From Panacagrimonas sp. (GTDB lineage Bacteria; Pseudomonadota; Gammaproteobacteria; Nevskiales; Nevskiaceae), in NCBI GenBank assembly GCA_041603235.1, contig JBFIES010000012.1, positions 33,951 to 97,950 on the forward strand: a stretch of 64,000 nucleotides of DNA, read 5' to 3'. This document shows positions 50,342 through 60,630 of this stretch, in pieces. The notes under the pieces were generated by a model, which ran no database searches, was not told the origin of the DNA, and saw nothing but the letters and a program-made list of their open reading frames with translations. The translations under genes and the position numbers were made by a program. Positions within the stretch are counted from its first letter, which is position 1, and each line of letters starts with the position of its first letter.

Positions 50342-52288
50342 TCAGCCCAGATAGGTGTAACCACTCAATCCGGCCTGCAATTCGGACATCAACGCCTCGC
50401 TCTCGTCGTCGGGAAGACCCGCTTTGGCGATCTTTTCCTGATAGCTGCGAGCAAGTGCCTCCGGCTCTAGGTGCACGTAGCGCAGCAACTCATCGGTGCG
50501 ATCGCCATATTCCGGGCCTTCCAGTTTCCAGCCTCCCGGCGCGTCGGCATCCAGAATGACATTGACCGCATTGGTGTCACCAAACAGATTATGAATGTCG
50601 CCGAGAATTTCCTGGTAGGCACCCACCATGAAGAATCCGAGCACATAAGACTCATCCTTCTTCAAGCCATGCAATGCCAGGGTTGGGGTAATACCTTCAC
50701 GGTCGACATAGGCGTCGAGGCGACCGTCTGAGTCGCAGGTGAGATCACACAGACGTGCACGTTGCCCGGGATGTTCGTTAAGCCGCTGGATCGGCACGAT
50801 CGGAAACACCTGGTCGATGGCCCAAGCGTCCGGCACTGACTGAAAAACCGAGAAATTACAGAAGTACTTGGCCGACAGTTTTTCCCGCAGATATTCCAGC
50901 GTTTCCCGATGCGCGCGGATGTCCTTGTCCAGCAGCGGAATGACATCTCTTGCAACTGCATAGTGGGCCTGCTCCGCCCATCCGCGTTGTTCAAGACTCA
51001 GACTGCCTTCGGTGTAGTGCGCGTGTGCTTCTGACAGAAGGGTTCGTGATTCAAACAAACTTTCCAGCGGCCCTCTCTCCGCAATCTCAGCCATGAGATC
51101 ACGCATTTCCTGCAAAACCGGAGGTGCGTCCTCAGCCAAGGCTGAAACCTGCCCCTCCCCGATAATCTCGCTATCTACCACGTTGGCCAGCAGCACCGCG
51201 TGGTGCGCGGTCAAGGCGCGCCCGGACTCGCTGATGATGTTCGGCTCCGGCTCACCGGCTTGCGCACAGACCTCCTGCACGGTTCGCACGATGCTTCGCG
51301 CGTACTCGCGAACGGAGTAGTTCATGGAACAGTAACTGCGTGATCGCGTGCCTTCGTAATCCACGCCAAGGCCGCCACCTACATCAATGACATCAAGCGG
51401 CGCGCCGAGCCTGCGCAACTCAACATAAAAGCGTGTGGCCTCGCGCATGCCACGGGCAATGTCCTGCACGTTGGCAACCTGGCTACCCAGGTGAAAGTGC
51501 ACCATGCGAACCGCATCCAGATGCCCGGCCTGCTTCATCATTTCCAGAGCTTCCAGAATCTGCACCGTCGCCAGGCCGAATTTGGATTTCTCACCACCGG
51601 TATTTTGCTGTGAGGAGTCCGTCTGGCTGGCAAGCCGCACCCGCAGACCAATGAGCGGCGCCACGCTCAGCCGCTTCGATTCTTCGATGACCAGCGGCAA
51701 CTCGGAGAGCTTTTCAACAACGATATAGACCTTGTGGCCAAGTTTCTGACCAATCAAGGCCCGACGAATGTAGGCGCGATCCTTGTAACCATTGCAGACG
51801 ATGATGCTGCCCGGAAGGGCGAGCCCTAGCACGGCGGCAAGTTCGGGCTTGGAACCGGCTTCAATGCCGACTCGCGTGCCGCCCTGACTCAGGATCGTCT
51901 CCACCACCGCTCGTTGCTGGTTGACCTTGATCGGGTAGACACCGGTGTAACGGCCGCCGTATCCGTACTCCTCAATGACCGTGGCGAAGGCGCCTGCAAG
52001 CGCTTCAACCCTGTCCCGCAGGATATCGGTGAAGCGCAGCAGTACCGGCAGTTGCAGATTCTGCGCCGGGAGCTGTGCCGCCAGCTCATGCAGGTCAATG
52101 CTGAGCTCGGACGCGCCGGGGCGAGGCCGGACCACCAGATGACCGGCATCGGAAACATCGAAATAGGATTCGCCCCAGTTGGGGATGTTGTACAAGGCGC
52201 GAGACTGCGCCGGGGTCCAGGAAGTCACGTCGGCATTACCAGAGGGGGAAGACAACATCGGGCTGTCATCCCGAGGCCATATAATCAT
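50342..52288 (-). CDS. speA: Biosynthetic arginine decarboxylase
   Basis: YPIKVNQQ (PLP Lys), EAGSKPEL, HFHLGSQ, DVGGGLGVDYEG, TCDSDG, GAYQEILG. Start may be the ATG at 52258. Confidence 0.97.
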   Translation of the reverse strand: MIIWPRDDSPMLSSPSGNADVTSWTPAQSRALYNIPNWGESYFDVSDAGHLVVRPRPGASELSIDLHELAAQLPAQNLQLPVLLRFTDILRDRVEALAGAFATVIEEYGYGGRYTGVYPIKVNQQRAVVETILSQGGTRVGIEAGSKPELAAVLGLALPGSIIVCNGYKDRAYIRRALIGQKLGHKVYIVVEKLSELPLVIEESKRLSVAPLIGLRVRLASQTDSSQQNTGGEKSKFGLATVQILEALEMMKQAGHLDAVRMVHFHLGSQVANVQDIARGMREATRFYVELRRLGAPLDVIDVGGGLGVDYEGTRSRSYCSMNYSVREYARSIVRTVQEVCAQAGEPEPNIISESGRALTAHHAVLLANVVDSEIIGEGQVSALAEDAPPVLQEMRDLMAEIAERGPLESLFESRTLLSEAHAHYTEGSLSLEQRGWAEQAHYAVARDVIPLLDKDIRAHRETLEYLREKLSAKYFCNFSVFQSVPDAWAIDQVFPIVPIQRLNEHPGQRARLCDLTCDSDGRLDAYVDREGITPTLALHGLKKDESYVLGFFMVGAYQEILGDIHNLFGDTNAVNVILDADAPGGWKLEGPEYGDRTDELLRYVHLEPEALARSYQEKIAKAGLPDDESEALMSELQAGLSGYTYLG

Positions 52289-52314
52289 CGTCGCTCAATT
52301 CTAAGGGTTTGCAT

Positions 52315-53166
52315 ATGTCACTGGATGATTCCTGGTTTTCCGAGGCCGTTGAAGCAACCGGCACCGCGTTTTCGCTGAAAGGGCGCAAGTTGCATGAAGA
52401 ACAGACACCTTTTCAGCAGATCGCCATCTGGGAGACGGATACCTTTGGCAAGTTGATGACCATTGATGGCTGCACCATGGTCTCCACGCGCGATAATTTT
52501 CTCTATCACGAGATGATGTCGCACCCAGCGCTGAACTCGCATCCGTCGCCCAGGAACGTGGTCGTGGTCGGGGGCGGCGATTGCGGCACGCTCAGCGAAG
52601 TGCTGAAGCACCCTGAGGTGGAATCGGCAACGCAGGTCGAGATTGACGAACGCGTCACGCGCCTGTCGGAGATCCACTTCCCCGAACTGTGCAGCCGCAA
52701 CAACGATCCGCGCGCGACCCTGTTCTTTGGCGACGGCATTCAGTGGATGAAGGACGCCAAGCCCGGTTCCATTGACCTGATCATCATTGATTCCACCGAT
52801 CCGGTCGGCCCTGCGGAGGGCCTGTTCGGCAAACGCTTCTACGCGGATTGCATCAAGGCGCTGGCGGACGATGGCATGCTGGTTCAGCAGACTGAATCAC
52901 CGCTGCTTCACCTGGACCTGATCAAGGATGTTCACGCCGCCATGCGCGAGTCGGGCTTCGCCAATACCTACCTGCTGAATTTTCCGCAACCGATCTACCC
53001 TTCAGGCTGGTGGTCAGGCTCCATTGCCAGCAAGTCGGCAGCTCCGCTGGCAGCGCGACTGGACGCTGAGGCCATTCGTGCTCTGGATGCCCGGTATTAC
53101 AACGCTCAGACTCATCAGGCAGCCTTTGCGCTGCCAACTTACGTGGCGCAAGCACTGGCCAAATAG
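52315..53166 (+). CDS. speE: Polyamine aminopropyltransferase (spermidine synthase)
   Basis: YHEMMSHP, VVGGGDCG, VEIDERV, IIIDSTDP. Confidence 0.95.
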   Translation: MSLDDSWFSEAVEATGTAFSLKGRKLHEEQTPFQQIAIWETDTFGKLMTIDGCTMVSTRDNFLYHEMMSHPALNSHPSPRNVVVVGGGDCGTLSEVLKHPEVESATQVEIDERVTRLSEIHFPELCSRNNDPRATLFFGDGIQWMKDAKPGSIDLIIIDSTDPVGPAEGLFGKRFYADCIKALADDGMLVQQTESPLLHLDLIKDVHAAMRESGFANTYLLNFPQPIYPSGWWSGSIASKSAAPLAARLDAEAIRALDARYYNAQTHQAAFALPTYVAQALAK

Positions 53167-53180
53167 AAAACGCTGAGAAC

Positions 53181-53209
53181 CGGCAGCTCCGTCGATAGAC
53201 GGGCTGCCG
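53181..53209. terminator. Bidirectional terminator hairpin
   Basis: cggcagctccgtc-gata-gacgggctgccg between convergent speE and the BVMO. Confidence 0.7.
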
Positions 53210-53223
53210 GATCGCGCAGACAG

Positions 53224-54843
53224 CTAGCGAATCTCGAAGCCTTCGTAGCCTTTCTTGACCACGTCATCGCATAGCTGGCGATAGTTGCCGACGTGGATAT
53301 ATGACAGCACGCGCTTCTGTTTGCCCGGAATATTGGCGCCGGTCCACCATGAGTCCGTCTTCGGAATCAGGGTGGCTTGGGTCACCTCGTCATGATGCTT
53401 GACCCAGTTGGTTTCAAATTCCTGCGTAGGCTCAATGATTTTTTCCGTGCCGGCTTTCTCGACATGCTCGATGCAGTCCGAGATCCATTCCACTTGCTGC
53501 TGAATGCAGGTCGGCACATTACAGAAGGCGGCCACCGGGGCCAGCGGAGCACCGCAGGTAAACAGGTTCGGGAAGCCGAATTTCTGCAGCCCCATCGCGG
53601 TAGTGATATCCCGGTCCCACATCTGCTTGAGCGGCACACCCTTGTTGCCGCGGATGTCGATGCGCAGGATGGCGCCGGTTGCTGCATCAAAGCCGGTCGC
53701 AAATATGATGGCATCCAGCGGGTACTCCTCGCCGTTTTCCGTCTTGATTCCGGCGGCAGTGAATTCCTGGATGGGTGATTCCTTGATATCTACCAGATGT
53801 ACGTTGTCCCGGTTGTAGGCTTCAAGATAACCGGTATCCAGAGGCGGGCGCCGCGTACCAAAACCGTACTTTGGAACCAGCTTGTCGACGACTTCCGGCT
53901 TGGTGATTCTGGCCCGCATCTTGGCGCGCACGAATTCGGACAGTTCCAGATTTGCCGCTTCGTCTGACAGCACTTCACCAAAATTTGCCCCCCAGAACAT
54001 CAGCGAACCGTCGGCCCAGAGCTGTTCAAAAATCGCGTGGCGCTCTTCCTTGGTCGTTTCCGCCCAAGGATGGGTCTGCAGGTCAAAGGCAAAACCCGTC
54101 AGGGTCTGACGGACTTGCTCCTTGAGTTCCGGATAACGCTTGCGCAGGGCCGCGCGGTCCTCATCGCTGTACTTGGGATTCCGCATGGGAATGGCGTAGG
54201 TCGGCGTGCGCTGAAAGACAAACAGCTCGCCCACTTCCTTGGCCAAAGTCTGAATCACCTGCACACCGGTTGCGCCGGTACCAATCACGCCGACGCGCTT
54301 ACCCTTCAGATCAAGCCCGCCCTGCGGCCAGCGCGAGGTATGCAGCAACTCTCCTTTGAAATTCTCGTGCCCTTTGATATCCGGCATCTTGGGCTCGGAC
54401 AGGAGCCCCAGACAAGACACGAGGTAGCGGCACCGCACGGTCTGACCCTGTTCGGTGCTCACGGTCCAGAGCTTGTCCGCCTCATCCCAGTGAGCGGCGC
54501 TGACGCGTTGCCCGAACTCGATCAGAGGTCGGAGCTCCAGGCGGTCCGCCACGAAATTCAGATAGCGCTCGGTTTCTTCCTGCGCAGGGAAGCGCTCGCT
54601 CCAGTTCCAATCATTGAGAATTTCGTCAGAGAACCAGAATTGGTACACCTCTGCCGCAGAATCGGTACGGGCGCCAGGGTAGCGATTCCAGTACCAGGTG
54701 CCTGCGACCCCGGTGCCGGCTTCGAAGCCGATCACGTTCAACCCAAGATTGCGCAGCTTGTGCAGAGAGTAAAGACCCGCAAAGCCGGCGCCCATGACAA
54801 CGGCATCAACCGTCCTGGCAGACATTTTCTTGGAACTGCTCAT
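53224..54843 (-). CDS. Type I Baeyer-Villiger monooxygenase
   Basis: GAGFAG, GTWYWNRYPGARTD, fingerprint FKGELLHTSRWP, GTGATG, ATGFD. Confidence 0.95.
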   Translation of the reverse strand: MSSSKKMSARTVDAVVMGAGFAGLYSLHKLRNLGLNVIGFEAGTGVAGTWYWNRYPGARTDSAAEVYQFWFSDEILNDWNWSERFPAQEETERYLNFVADRLELRPLIEFGQRVSAAHWDEADKLWTVSTEQGQTVRCRYLVSCLGLLSEPKMPDIKGHENFKGELLHTSRWPQGGLDLKGKRVGVIGTGATGVQVIQTLAKEVGELFVFQRTPTYAIPMRNPKYSDEDRAALRKRYPELKEQVRQTLTGFAFDLQTHPWAETTKEERHAIFEQLWADGSLMFWGANFGEVLSDEAANLELSEFVRAKMRARITKPEVVDKLVPKYGFGTRRPPLDTGYLEAYNRDNVHLVDIKESPIQEFTAAGIKTENGEEYPLDAIIFATGFDAATGAILRIDIRGNKGVPLKQMWDRDITTAMGLQKFGFPNLFTCGAPLAPVAAFCNVPTCIQQQVEWISDCIEHVEKAGTEKIIEPTQEFETNWVKHHDEVTQATLIPKTDSWWTGANIPGKQKRVLSYIHVGNYRQLCDDVVKKGYEGFEIR

Positions 54844-55047
54844 CGCAAAATTCTCCTCTTCCGTTTATTTGTTGACCGGCTTCGACGCTCGCTGGTTCTA
54901 GCCCTTGATTGTGCATACAAAAGGCGGCGAGCACCCTACCCACCCGGATAGTCCGGACATCGTATTGCCTCGAAAGCGCGCCGCTAGCGCTGCAGAGCGC
55001 TTCGAACGTCACCTTTCATTCAATCTCTTGAGGGTTCTGACCGACGG

Positions 55048-57012
55048 CTATCGGGCAAATGCAGCCAGGGCTTTGACGTAGTTGCTCTGATAGACGATCG
55101 AAGGCTCGGTCACGGCGTAGGAAGCATCCGGCCAGGGCGTGTTCCAGTCTCGATAGGCTTTCTGCGGCGGCTGGTTCACGGGCGGCTGAATGTCCTGGGG
55201 TACGCCATCGGATTGTGCATTGGCGTTGGGCCCGCCCACGAAGTAGCCCGGCGCTGGCCCGCATTCTGAAAGACGCGCGTTAGAGAATCGCGTGCCATGC
55301 GCATACCACTGATGAAAGATTTCGTTGGCGGAGTAGGTCGCGCCCTGTTCATACATGTTGCTCAAATAAACGATGCCGAAAGGATTGACGCCGTGAAAGT
55401 AATGGAGGGTGTCGAGGGCGCGGCCCTTGTATTGAGCAGCTTTGGCTTCATCGATGTCGTAGACCAGCATGTCGATATTGGTATTGGCGTAGCTCGCGCG
55501 CACGGAGTTGCTACCCCAGTGGTATTGCTCGCCGCGCAATGGATTGCGATACAGATCGTCTGCGCCATCACCGTAGATGTCGGAGTTCGACCGGGCGTCT
55601 TCAAGCTTGTCCGCGAGAATCGTTTCTCGCAGTGCTTTGTCTGCGTTCGGCAACTGGGCGTAGTACAGCAATGCCTCGCCCATCTGCGGGTTATACGTTG
55701 ACCAACCCTGCAGCTTGTACGGCCAGAGATCCCGATAGTGCTTTTTGAGATAGTCGTGATAGCGGCCCTCTCCGGAAACGGCGAAAAGATAAATTGCGGC
55801 CATGGCGGCGAATCCATCTTGCGTGTCAGCGTCGCGGTCCGCGTCGCCGGAGAGCACCTCTCCACTGTCGCAGTCTTCCTGTTTTTCTGGCGCTGCCAGA
55901 TAGGCGGCAAATGCCTTGGCAGCTCGTTGGGACAAGTCTGCCGCGTCACCTTTCAATGCCGGAAAACCGCTGAAAACATGCGCGGCATGTGCGTACATTG
56001 CGGCGGCCGCGATGGTCGAAGAAGTGCAGGCGCCGACGTAATAGCGGGGAAGTTTGTCAGAACTGGGAGGTGAAGCGGTCTTGTGCTCCAGCACCCCCAC
56101 CTTGAGCAGTACCGACCCATCATGGTTCTGCATTTTTCGCAGCCAGTTCATTTCCCATCGCACTTCATCGAGCAGGTCCGGAATGCCGTTGCCGGACTCG
56201 GGAATGTTGAAGTCGTCGGTGAACACATTCGGATGGTTCTGATAGGCCATCAACAGCTGATGAACCGCCTGACTGGCAAAAGTGACGTACTTATTGGTAT
56301 CGCCAGCATCGAACCAGCCGCCGCTGAGATCGCGTTCGCTGGCCGGATCATCCTTGAAACGGACATCTCGGGCCTGCATGTCCTGACCCTTGCGCAGATA
56401 AGCCGCTTCATCGGTCCAGCAGGCCTGGGCATGCGGCGCCTGCTTGGCAAACCCGCACCGCTGATAGAAATACATGCGCACCGCGGCTTTCAGGGCCTCG
56501 CTATAAACATCAGCACCAATGCGAAAAACGGCAGAGCGGCGGTTGTTGTCACGGTCGTGAACGTAGTACTCGCCGGGCGTGGGGACCTCGGAAAAATCGA
56601 ACCACCAGCCCACATCGCCGGAAGAGGCCTGTACTGCGCCGCCATTCCAGGCTGCGGGCGGGGCCGACAGGATCACCGCATCGTCACTCACGCGGCGCAG
56701 TTCAATGAGTTGCCCGGAATCAAACGCCTGGCCGACATCAAAACCGACCCGCGCACTGCGAATCACCGCAAGCTTGGGATCCTGGGGCCGGTAACCAAAC
56801 TGATCAACCAGAATCCGCAGGTCCAGCCGGGGCTCTGCCGGGCCACGCTGGATGGGGCCCGCCTCGCCCGCCGGACCGGCCGCAAGTGAGCTGGAAGGCA
56901 GGACAATCTTTCTAAGCGCGGTGTCCGCACCCAGAAGCCACACCAGCGCTGCAAGGCCAGCGACAAAAAAAACGGAAACAAGCAGCGCAAGCGGACGGCT
57001 CAAGGCAGGCAC
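55048..57012 (-). CDS. Glycoside hydrolase family 9 with N-terminal Ig-like domain and membrane anchor
   Basis: VDQFGYRP, FYQRCG, DLSGGWFDAGDTNKY, LLDEVRWEMNWLRKMQ, C-terminal TEPSIVYQS. Confidence 0.88.
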   Translation of the reverse strand: MPALSRPLALLVSVFFVAGLAALVWLLGADTALRKIVLPSSSLAAGPAGEAGPIQRGPAEPRLDLRILVDQFGYRPQDPKLAVIRSARVGFDVGQAFDSGQLIELRRVSDDAVILSAPPAAWNGGAVQASSGDVGWWFDFSEVPTPGEYYVHDRDNNRRSAVFRIGADVYSEALKAAVRMYFYQRCGFAKQAPHAQACWTDEAAYLRKGQDMQARDVRFKDDPASERDLSGGWFDAGDTNKYVTFASQAVHQLLMAYQNHPNVFTDDFNIPESGNGIPDLLDEVRWEMNWLRKMQNHDGSVLLKVGVLEHKTASPPSSDKLPRYYVGACTSSTIAAAAMYAHAAHVFSGFPALKGDAADLSQRAAKAFAAYLAAPEKQEDCDSGEVLSGDADRDADTQDGFAAMAAIYLFAVSGEGRYHDYLKKHYRDLWPYKLQGWSTYNPQMGEALLYYAQLPNADKALRETILADKLEDARSNSDIYGDGADDLYRNPLRGEQYHWGSNSVRASYANTNIDMLVYDIDEAKAAQYKGRALDTLHYFHGVNPFGIVYLSNMYEQGATYSANEIFHQWYAHGTRFSNARLSECGPAPGYFVGGPNANAQSDGVPQDIQPPVNQPPQKAYRDWNTPWPDASYAVTEPSIVYQSNYVKALAAFAR

Positions 57013-57203
57013 TCCAATGAGGCTTGAAATGGACGGGCAGCATAGCCCAGCAGCGGCGCAGAGCCGCCGCTTCGGGAGCGAGGACCCAGAAGCGGCTAAA
57101 ATGCCCGCCCCGATCGCCCCGCGATCCTGGTATCAGCCTCTGATATCGCCCTGACTGACCCCAAAATTCAGTTTCTATCACGTCACCCTGGAGCCTTTTA
57201 AGT

Positions 57204-58187
57204 ATGAAAAAGCCCGTCAAGGTCGCCATTACCGGCGGCGCCGGCCAGATCGCCTATTCGCTCATTTTCCGCGTTGCCAGCGGTTCCATGCTGGGCCCCG
57301 ACCAGCCGGTCATCCTGCAACTTCTCGAAGTGCCGGTGCCGGAAGTCATGGAGAAGCTCAAGGGCACAGCCATGGAAATCGACGACTGCGCGTTCCCGCT
57401 GGTCGCTGGCGTTGAGCTGCACTCGGACCCGATGGAAGGGTTTGATGGCACCGATTACGCTTTGCTCGTCGGCGCTCGTCCGCGTGGCCCCGGCATGGAG
57501 CGCAAGGACCTGCTGACCGCCAACGGCGGCATCTTTGGCCCTCAGGGTCAGGCGCTGTCGGAAAAAGCCTCACGCGATGTGCGCGTCCTGGTGGTGGGCA
57601 ATCCTGCCAACACCAATGCGCTGATCGCCGCCACCGCGGCCAAGAAGCTTGATCCGCGCCAGATTCACGCCATGCTGCGCCTTGACCACAACCGCGCTGT
57701 CAGCCAGCTCGCCACCAAGACCGGCCAGAGCGGCAACGACATCGAGAAGATGGTCGTGTGGGGCAACCACAGCTCTACTCAGTATCCCGACATCAGTCAC
57801 TGCACCGTTGGCGGCAAGCCGGCCAAGTCACTGGTTGACCAGAACTGGATCGAAAGCGACTTCATTCCCACCGTGCAGCAGCGCGGCGCAGCCATCATCA
57901 AGGCACGCGGTCTGTCCTCAGCCGCATCTGCAGCCAGCGCTGCGGTTGATCACATGCGCAACTGGGCACTGGGCTCAGACGGCAAGTGGGTCAGCATGGG
58001 CGTCCCGTCTGACGGCAGCTACGGCATCGAGCCAGGCATCGTTTACGGCTACCCCTGCGTGTGCAAGAACGGCGACTATGAAATCGTCAAAGACCTGCCG
58101 GTCGACGACTTCTCACGCAGCCGCATGGACGCCACCGAGAAAGAACTGCGTGAAGAACGCGCAGCGGTGGAAGACTTGCTGAAGTAA
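57204..58187 (+). CDS. mdh: Malate dehydrogenase
   Basis: [50 protein letters not shown]. Confidence 0.98.
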   Translation: MKKPVKVAITGGAGQIAYSLIFRVASGSMLGPDQPVILQLLEVPVPEVMEKLKGTAMEIDDCAFPLVAGVELHSDPMEGFDGTDYALLVGARPRGPGMERKDLLTANGGIFGPQGQALSEKASRDVRVLVVGNPANTNALIAATAAKKLDPRQIHAMLRLDHNRAVSQLATKTGQSGNDIEKMVVWGNHSSTQYPDISHCTVGGKPAKSLVDQNWIESDFIPTVQQRGAAIIKARGLSSAASAASAAVDHMRNWALGSDGKWVSMGVPSDGSYGIEPGIVYGYPCVCKNGDYEIVKDLPVDDFSRSRMDATEKELREERAAVEDLLK

Positions 58188-58209
58188 GTTGCACCACCCG
58201 CTACACATG

Positions 58210-58240
58210 AGCCCCCGCCGAAACTCGGCGGGGGCTTTTT
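58210..58240 (+). terminator. Rho-independent terminator
   Basis: agcccccgccga-aac-tcggcgggggct followed by a T-run. Confidence 0.92.
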
Positions 58241-58331
58241 CTTGGACTTAAAATTCAGTTTGCCGCGACCCAACTACTTTCACGGGAGCGGACGAAGCAC
58301 TGGCGCGCAGAACGACAAGGGGTTCAATAGA

Positions 58332-59426
58332 ATGCGCCCCTTGTTCAGGTGGCAACATGAGTACGCGGCCCCTCTGATCCAGCTTGGCCAATCAGGAACA
58401 GTATTGAAAGCTTCAGTTACCAAGGGCACGGAGGCACGTCGCGATGAGCTCGCGCGACCGTACCGGGTGCGCTATGCGAACGAGCCGCCGACGCCGAGCG
58501 ATCGTCTGTTGGCCTGTGTCGCTCACGGCCCCTGTGTCGATATTGCTGAGGCTTTGAAGGGTGATCCGCGCATGATCCGCGTCGATCTGCCTCTGCTCGC
58601 CGGTCCAAAATTTGAAATCTGGGAGAGCACTTCTCCGGTTCAGACAGGCTTCCAACAGGACATTGCATTCGCACATAACGAGCGTGTTCTGCTGGGACAG
58701 GTTCGGCTATCCGCCGCCGCTCTGCGGGATACCGAGAACAGCGTTTTCAACACTTACGCGCTGATTGACGAACTTCTGAACAAAACCCAGTTTCCCCACT
58801 GGCTGCGTGTGTGGAATTACCTGGGAGACCTGCACAAAGGCAGCGGAGATCAGGAGCGTTATCGTCAGTTCGTGGCCGGTCGCTACAAGGCTTTGTCGCT
58901 CCAGAACAACTTCGAGCATCACTTGCCTGCCGCTACAGCCATCGGCACCGCTGGCGATGAGCTACTGATCTATTTCTTGGCTGGCAGATCTGCCGGCTGG
59001 CAGATAGAGAATCCGCGCCAGGTCAGTGCGTTCAGGTATCCGCGGCAATACGGCCCGCGCAGCCCGAGTTTCTCGCGTGCCATGCTGATACCTTGGCAAG
59101 ATGGCGCCGAGTTAATGGTATCCGGCACCGCGAGTGTCGTCGGTCACGAGACCCTGCACCCGGGCAACCCGGCAGCGCAATTGAGCGAATCGATGACCAA
59201 CATGCAGGTGATCCTGCGAGGCGCTGCTGAGAGAATCAATCTGCGCGAACAAGACTGGGTGCCACAGATCGGAAAGCTCTACGTGCGTAGCAGTGCCGAC
59301 GCGGATGCCGCAATCGGCGAACTGTCTCAGCTCGTCTCTCCTTCAAAGCTTGTCGTCATGCAGGGCGATATCTGCCGTAGTGACTTGAGCCTGGAATTTG
59401 AGGCCACACTGACCGCTTCATGTTGA
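58332..59426 (+). CDS. Chorismatase of the FkbO/Hyg5/XanB2 family
   Basis: LRVWNYL, ERYRQFVAGR, IENPRQVSAFRYPRQYGPRSPSFSRA, SGTASVVGHETLHPG, DICRSDLSLEFEA. Start uncertain. Confidence 0.85.
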   Translation: MRPLFRWQHEYAAPLIQLGQSGTVLKASVTKGTEARRDELARPYRVRYANEPPTPSDRLLACVAHGPCVDIAEALKGDPRMIRVDLPLLAGPKFEIWESTSPVQTGFQQDIAFAHNERVLLGQVRLSAAALRDTENSVFNTYALIDELLNKTQFPHWLRVWNYLGDLHKGSGDQERYRQFVAGRYKALSLQNNFEHHLPAATAIGTAGDELLIYFLAGRSAGWQIENPRQVSAFRYPRQYGPRSPSFSRAMLIPWQDGAELMVSGTASVVGHETLHPGNPAAQLSESMTNMQVILRGAAERINLREQDWVPQIGKLYVRSSADADAAIGELSQLVSPSKLVVMQGDICRSDLSLEFEATLTASC

Positions 59427-59543
59427 TTCGCGCTGATTAGCGACTGAATCAGAGCCCCTCATTGACTCTGATTCTGGCGAAGTAAATTACGCACGGCCGT
59501 TCCTGATCGCGGCTGTTCTCCTGCGCTTTGGCCGTCATTAGAT

Positions 59544-60608
59544 TTGAGGCGACCAAGCTTGCTGCTCAACGACACTGGCTTGGCATTGGTGCAGAATCGC
59601 CCCATTCCTGAACGAGCTGCGATGCAGGTACGTGAATCAATCCGCATGTCATTAGCAATCAACTGGAGTACGCGCCTGCAAGCCGTAAGCGTCCCGCTAC
59701 CAGGCTTGTCTCCATATACCAGCGCGCGTCGGCTCAGCGTGGAAGGACGGTTCGATCAAGCACTGATGTGCGACTTCCTCACTGCTCGCCATCCGCATAT
59801 ATCGATTGATACCTGGGAGCGTGCAGCGACAGAAGGACGCCTGACGGTAGATGGCCAGCCGGTTCGCGATCTGAAGCGAAACGTGCGGGCCGGGAATGTC
59901 ATTTCTCACGTGGTCAAGAATGTCGTGGAACCTGTCGTTTCAACTGACATGCGTCTTCTGTATGAGGATGATCGATACATCGCCATCGACAAACCCGCGC
60001 CACTGCCCGTTCATCCCAGCGGACGCTACAACAGACATACAGTGGTTTCATTTCTGAAGGCGATGTATCCGGATCTTGCGTTCAAGCCCGTGCATCGGCT
60101 GGACGCGGACACCACGGGCGTATTGCTACTGGCCCGGACCAAAGAATCGGCTAACACCGCCGGACAATATTTTCGGAACAAACAGTTCAGCAAGATTTAC
60201 CTTGCGCGTGTGCACGGTCGCTGGGCTGGCGGTTCCAGATTGATCGAGCAGGCCATCGGCAAGTCGCCTGTCGATAAGGGGGCCAGAGCACTCGAATCAT
60301 CCAATGGCCTGCCTTCCGAGACTGCCGTGGAGTTACTCCAGTACTTCGAGGAGGACAACAGCAGTTTGCTCAAAGTCATGCCAACGACCGGCCGCACCAA
60401 TCAGATTCGCCTGCACCTCGCGTCCTGCGGTCACGCCATCATGGGTGATCATGCCTACGGGCAGCCTTCAGATGCCTCCGATTCCGACCGTCCGTTCACA
60501 TCGGGTTTCTTGTGCCTGCACGCGCACAAACTGATCTTGTCTGCACGTAATGATGATCCAGGCCTGGACCTCGAATCACCGTTGCCAGACTGGGCCCGTA
60601 TTGCCTGA
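59544..60608 (+). CDS. RluA-family pseudouridine synthase
   Basis: IDKPAPLPVHPSGRY, catalytic HRLDADTTG, PTTGRTNQIRLH, LHAHKL. Start uncertain (59544, 59622 or 59646). Confidence 0.9.
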   Translation: MRRPSLLLNDTGLALVQNRPIPERAAMQVRESIRMSLAINWSTRLQAVSVPLPGLSPYTSARRLSVEGRFDQALMCDFLTARHPHISIDTWERAATEGRLTVDGQPVRDLKRNVRAGNVISHVVKNVVEPVVSTDMRLLYEDDRYIAIDKPAPLPVHPSGRYNRHTVVSFLKAMYPDLAFKPVHRLDADTTGVLLLARTKESANTAGQYFRNKQFSKIYLARVHGRWAGGSRLIEQAIGKSPVDKGARALESSNGLPSETAVELLQYFEEDNSSLLKVMPTTGRTNQIRLHLASCGHAIMGDHAYGQPSDASDSDRPFTSGFLCLHAHKLILSARNDDPGLDLESPLPDWARIA

Positions 60609-60630
60609 GTCAGCAAGAATCGTACGCGGT

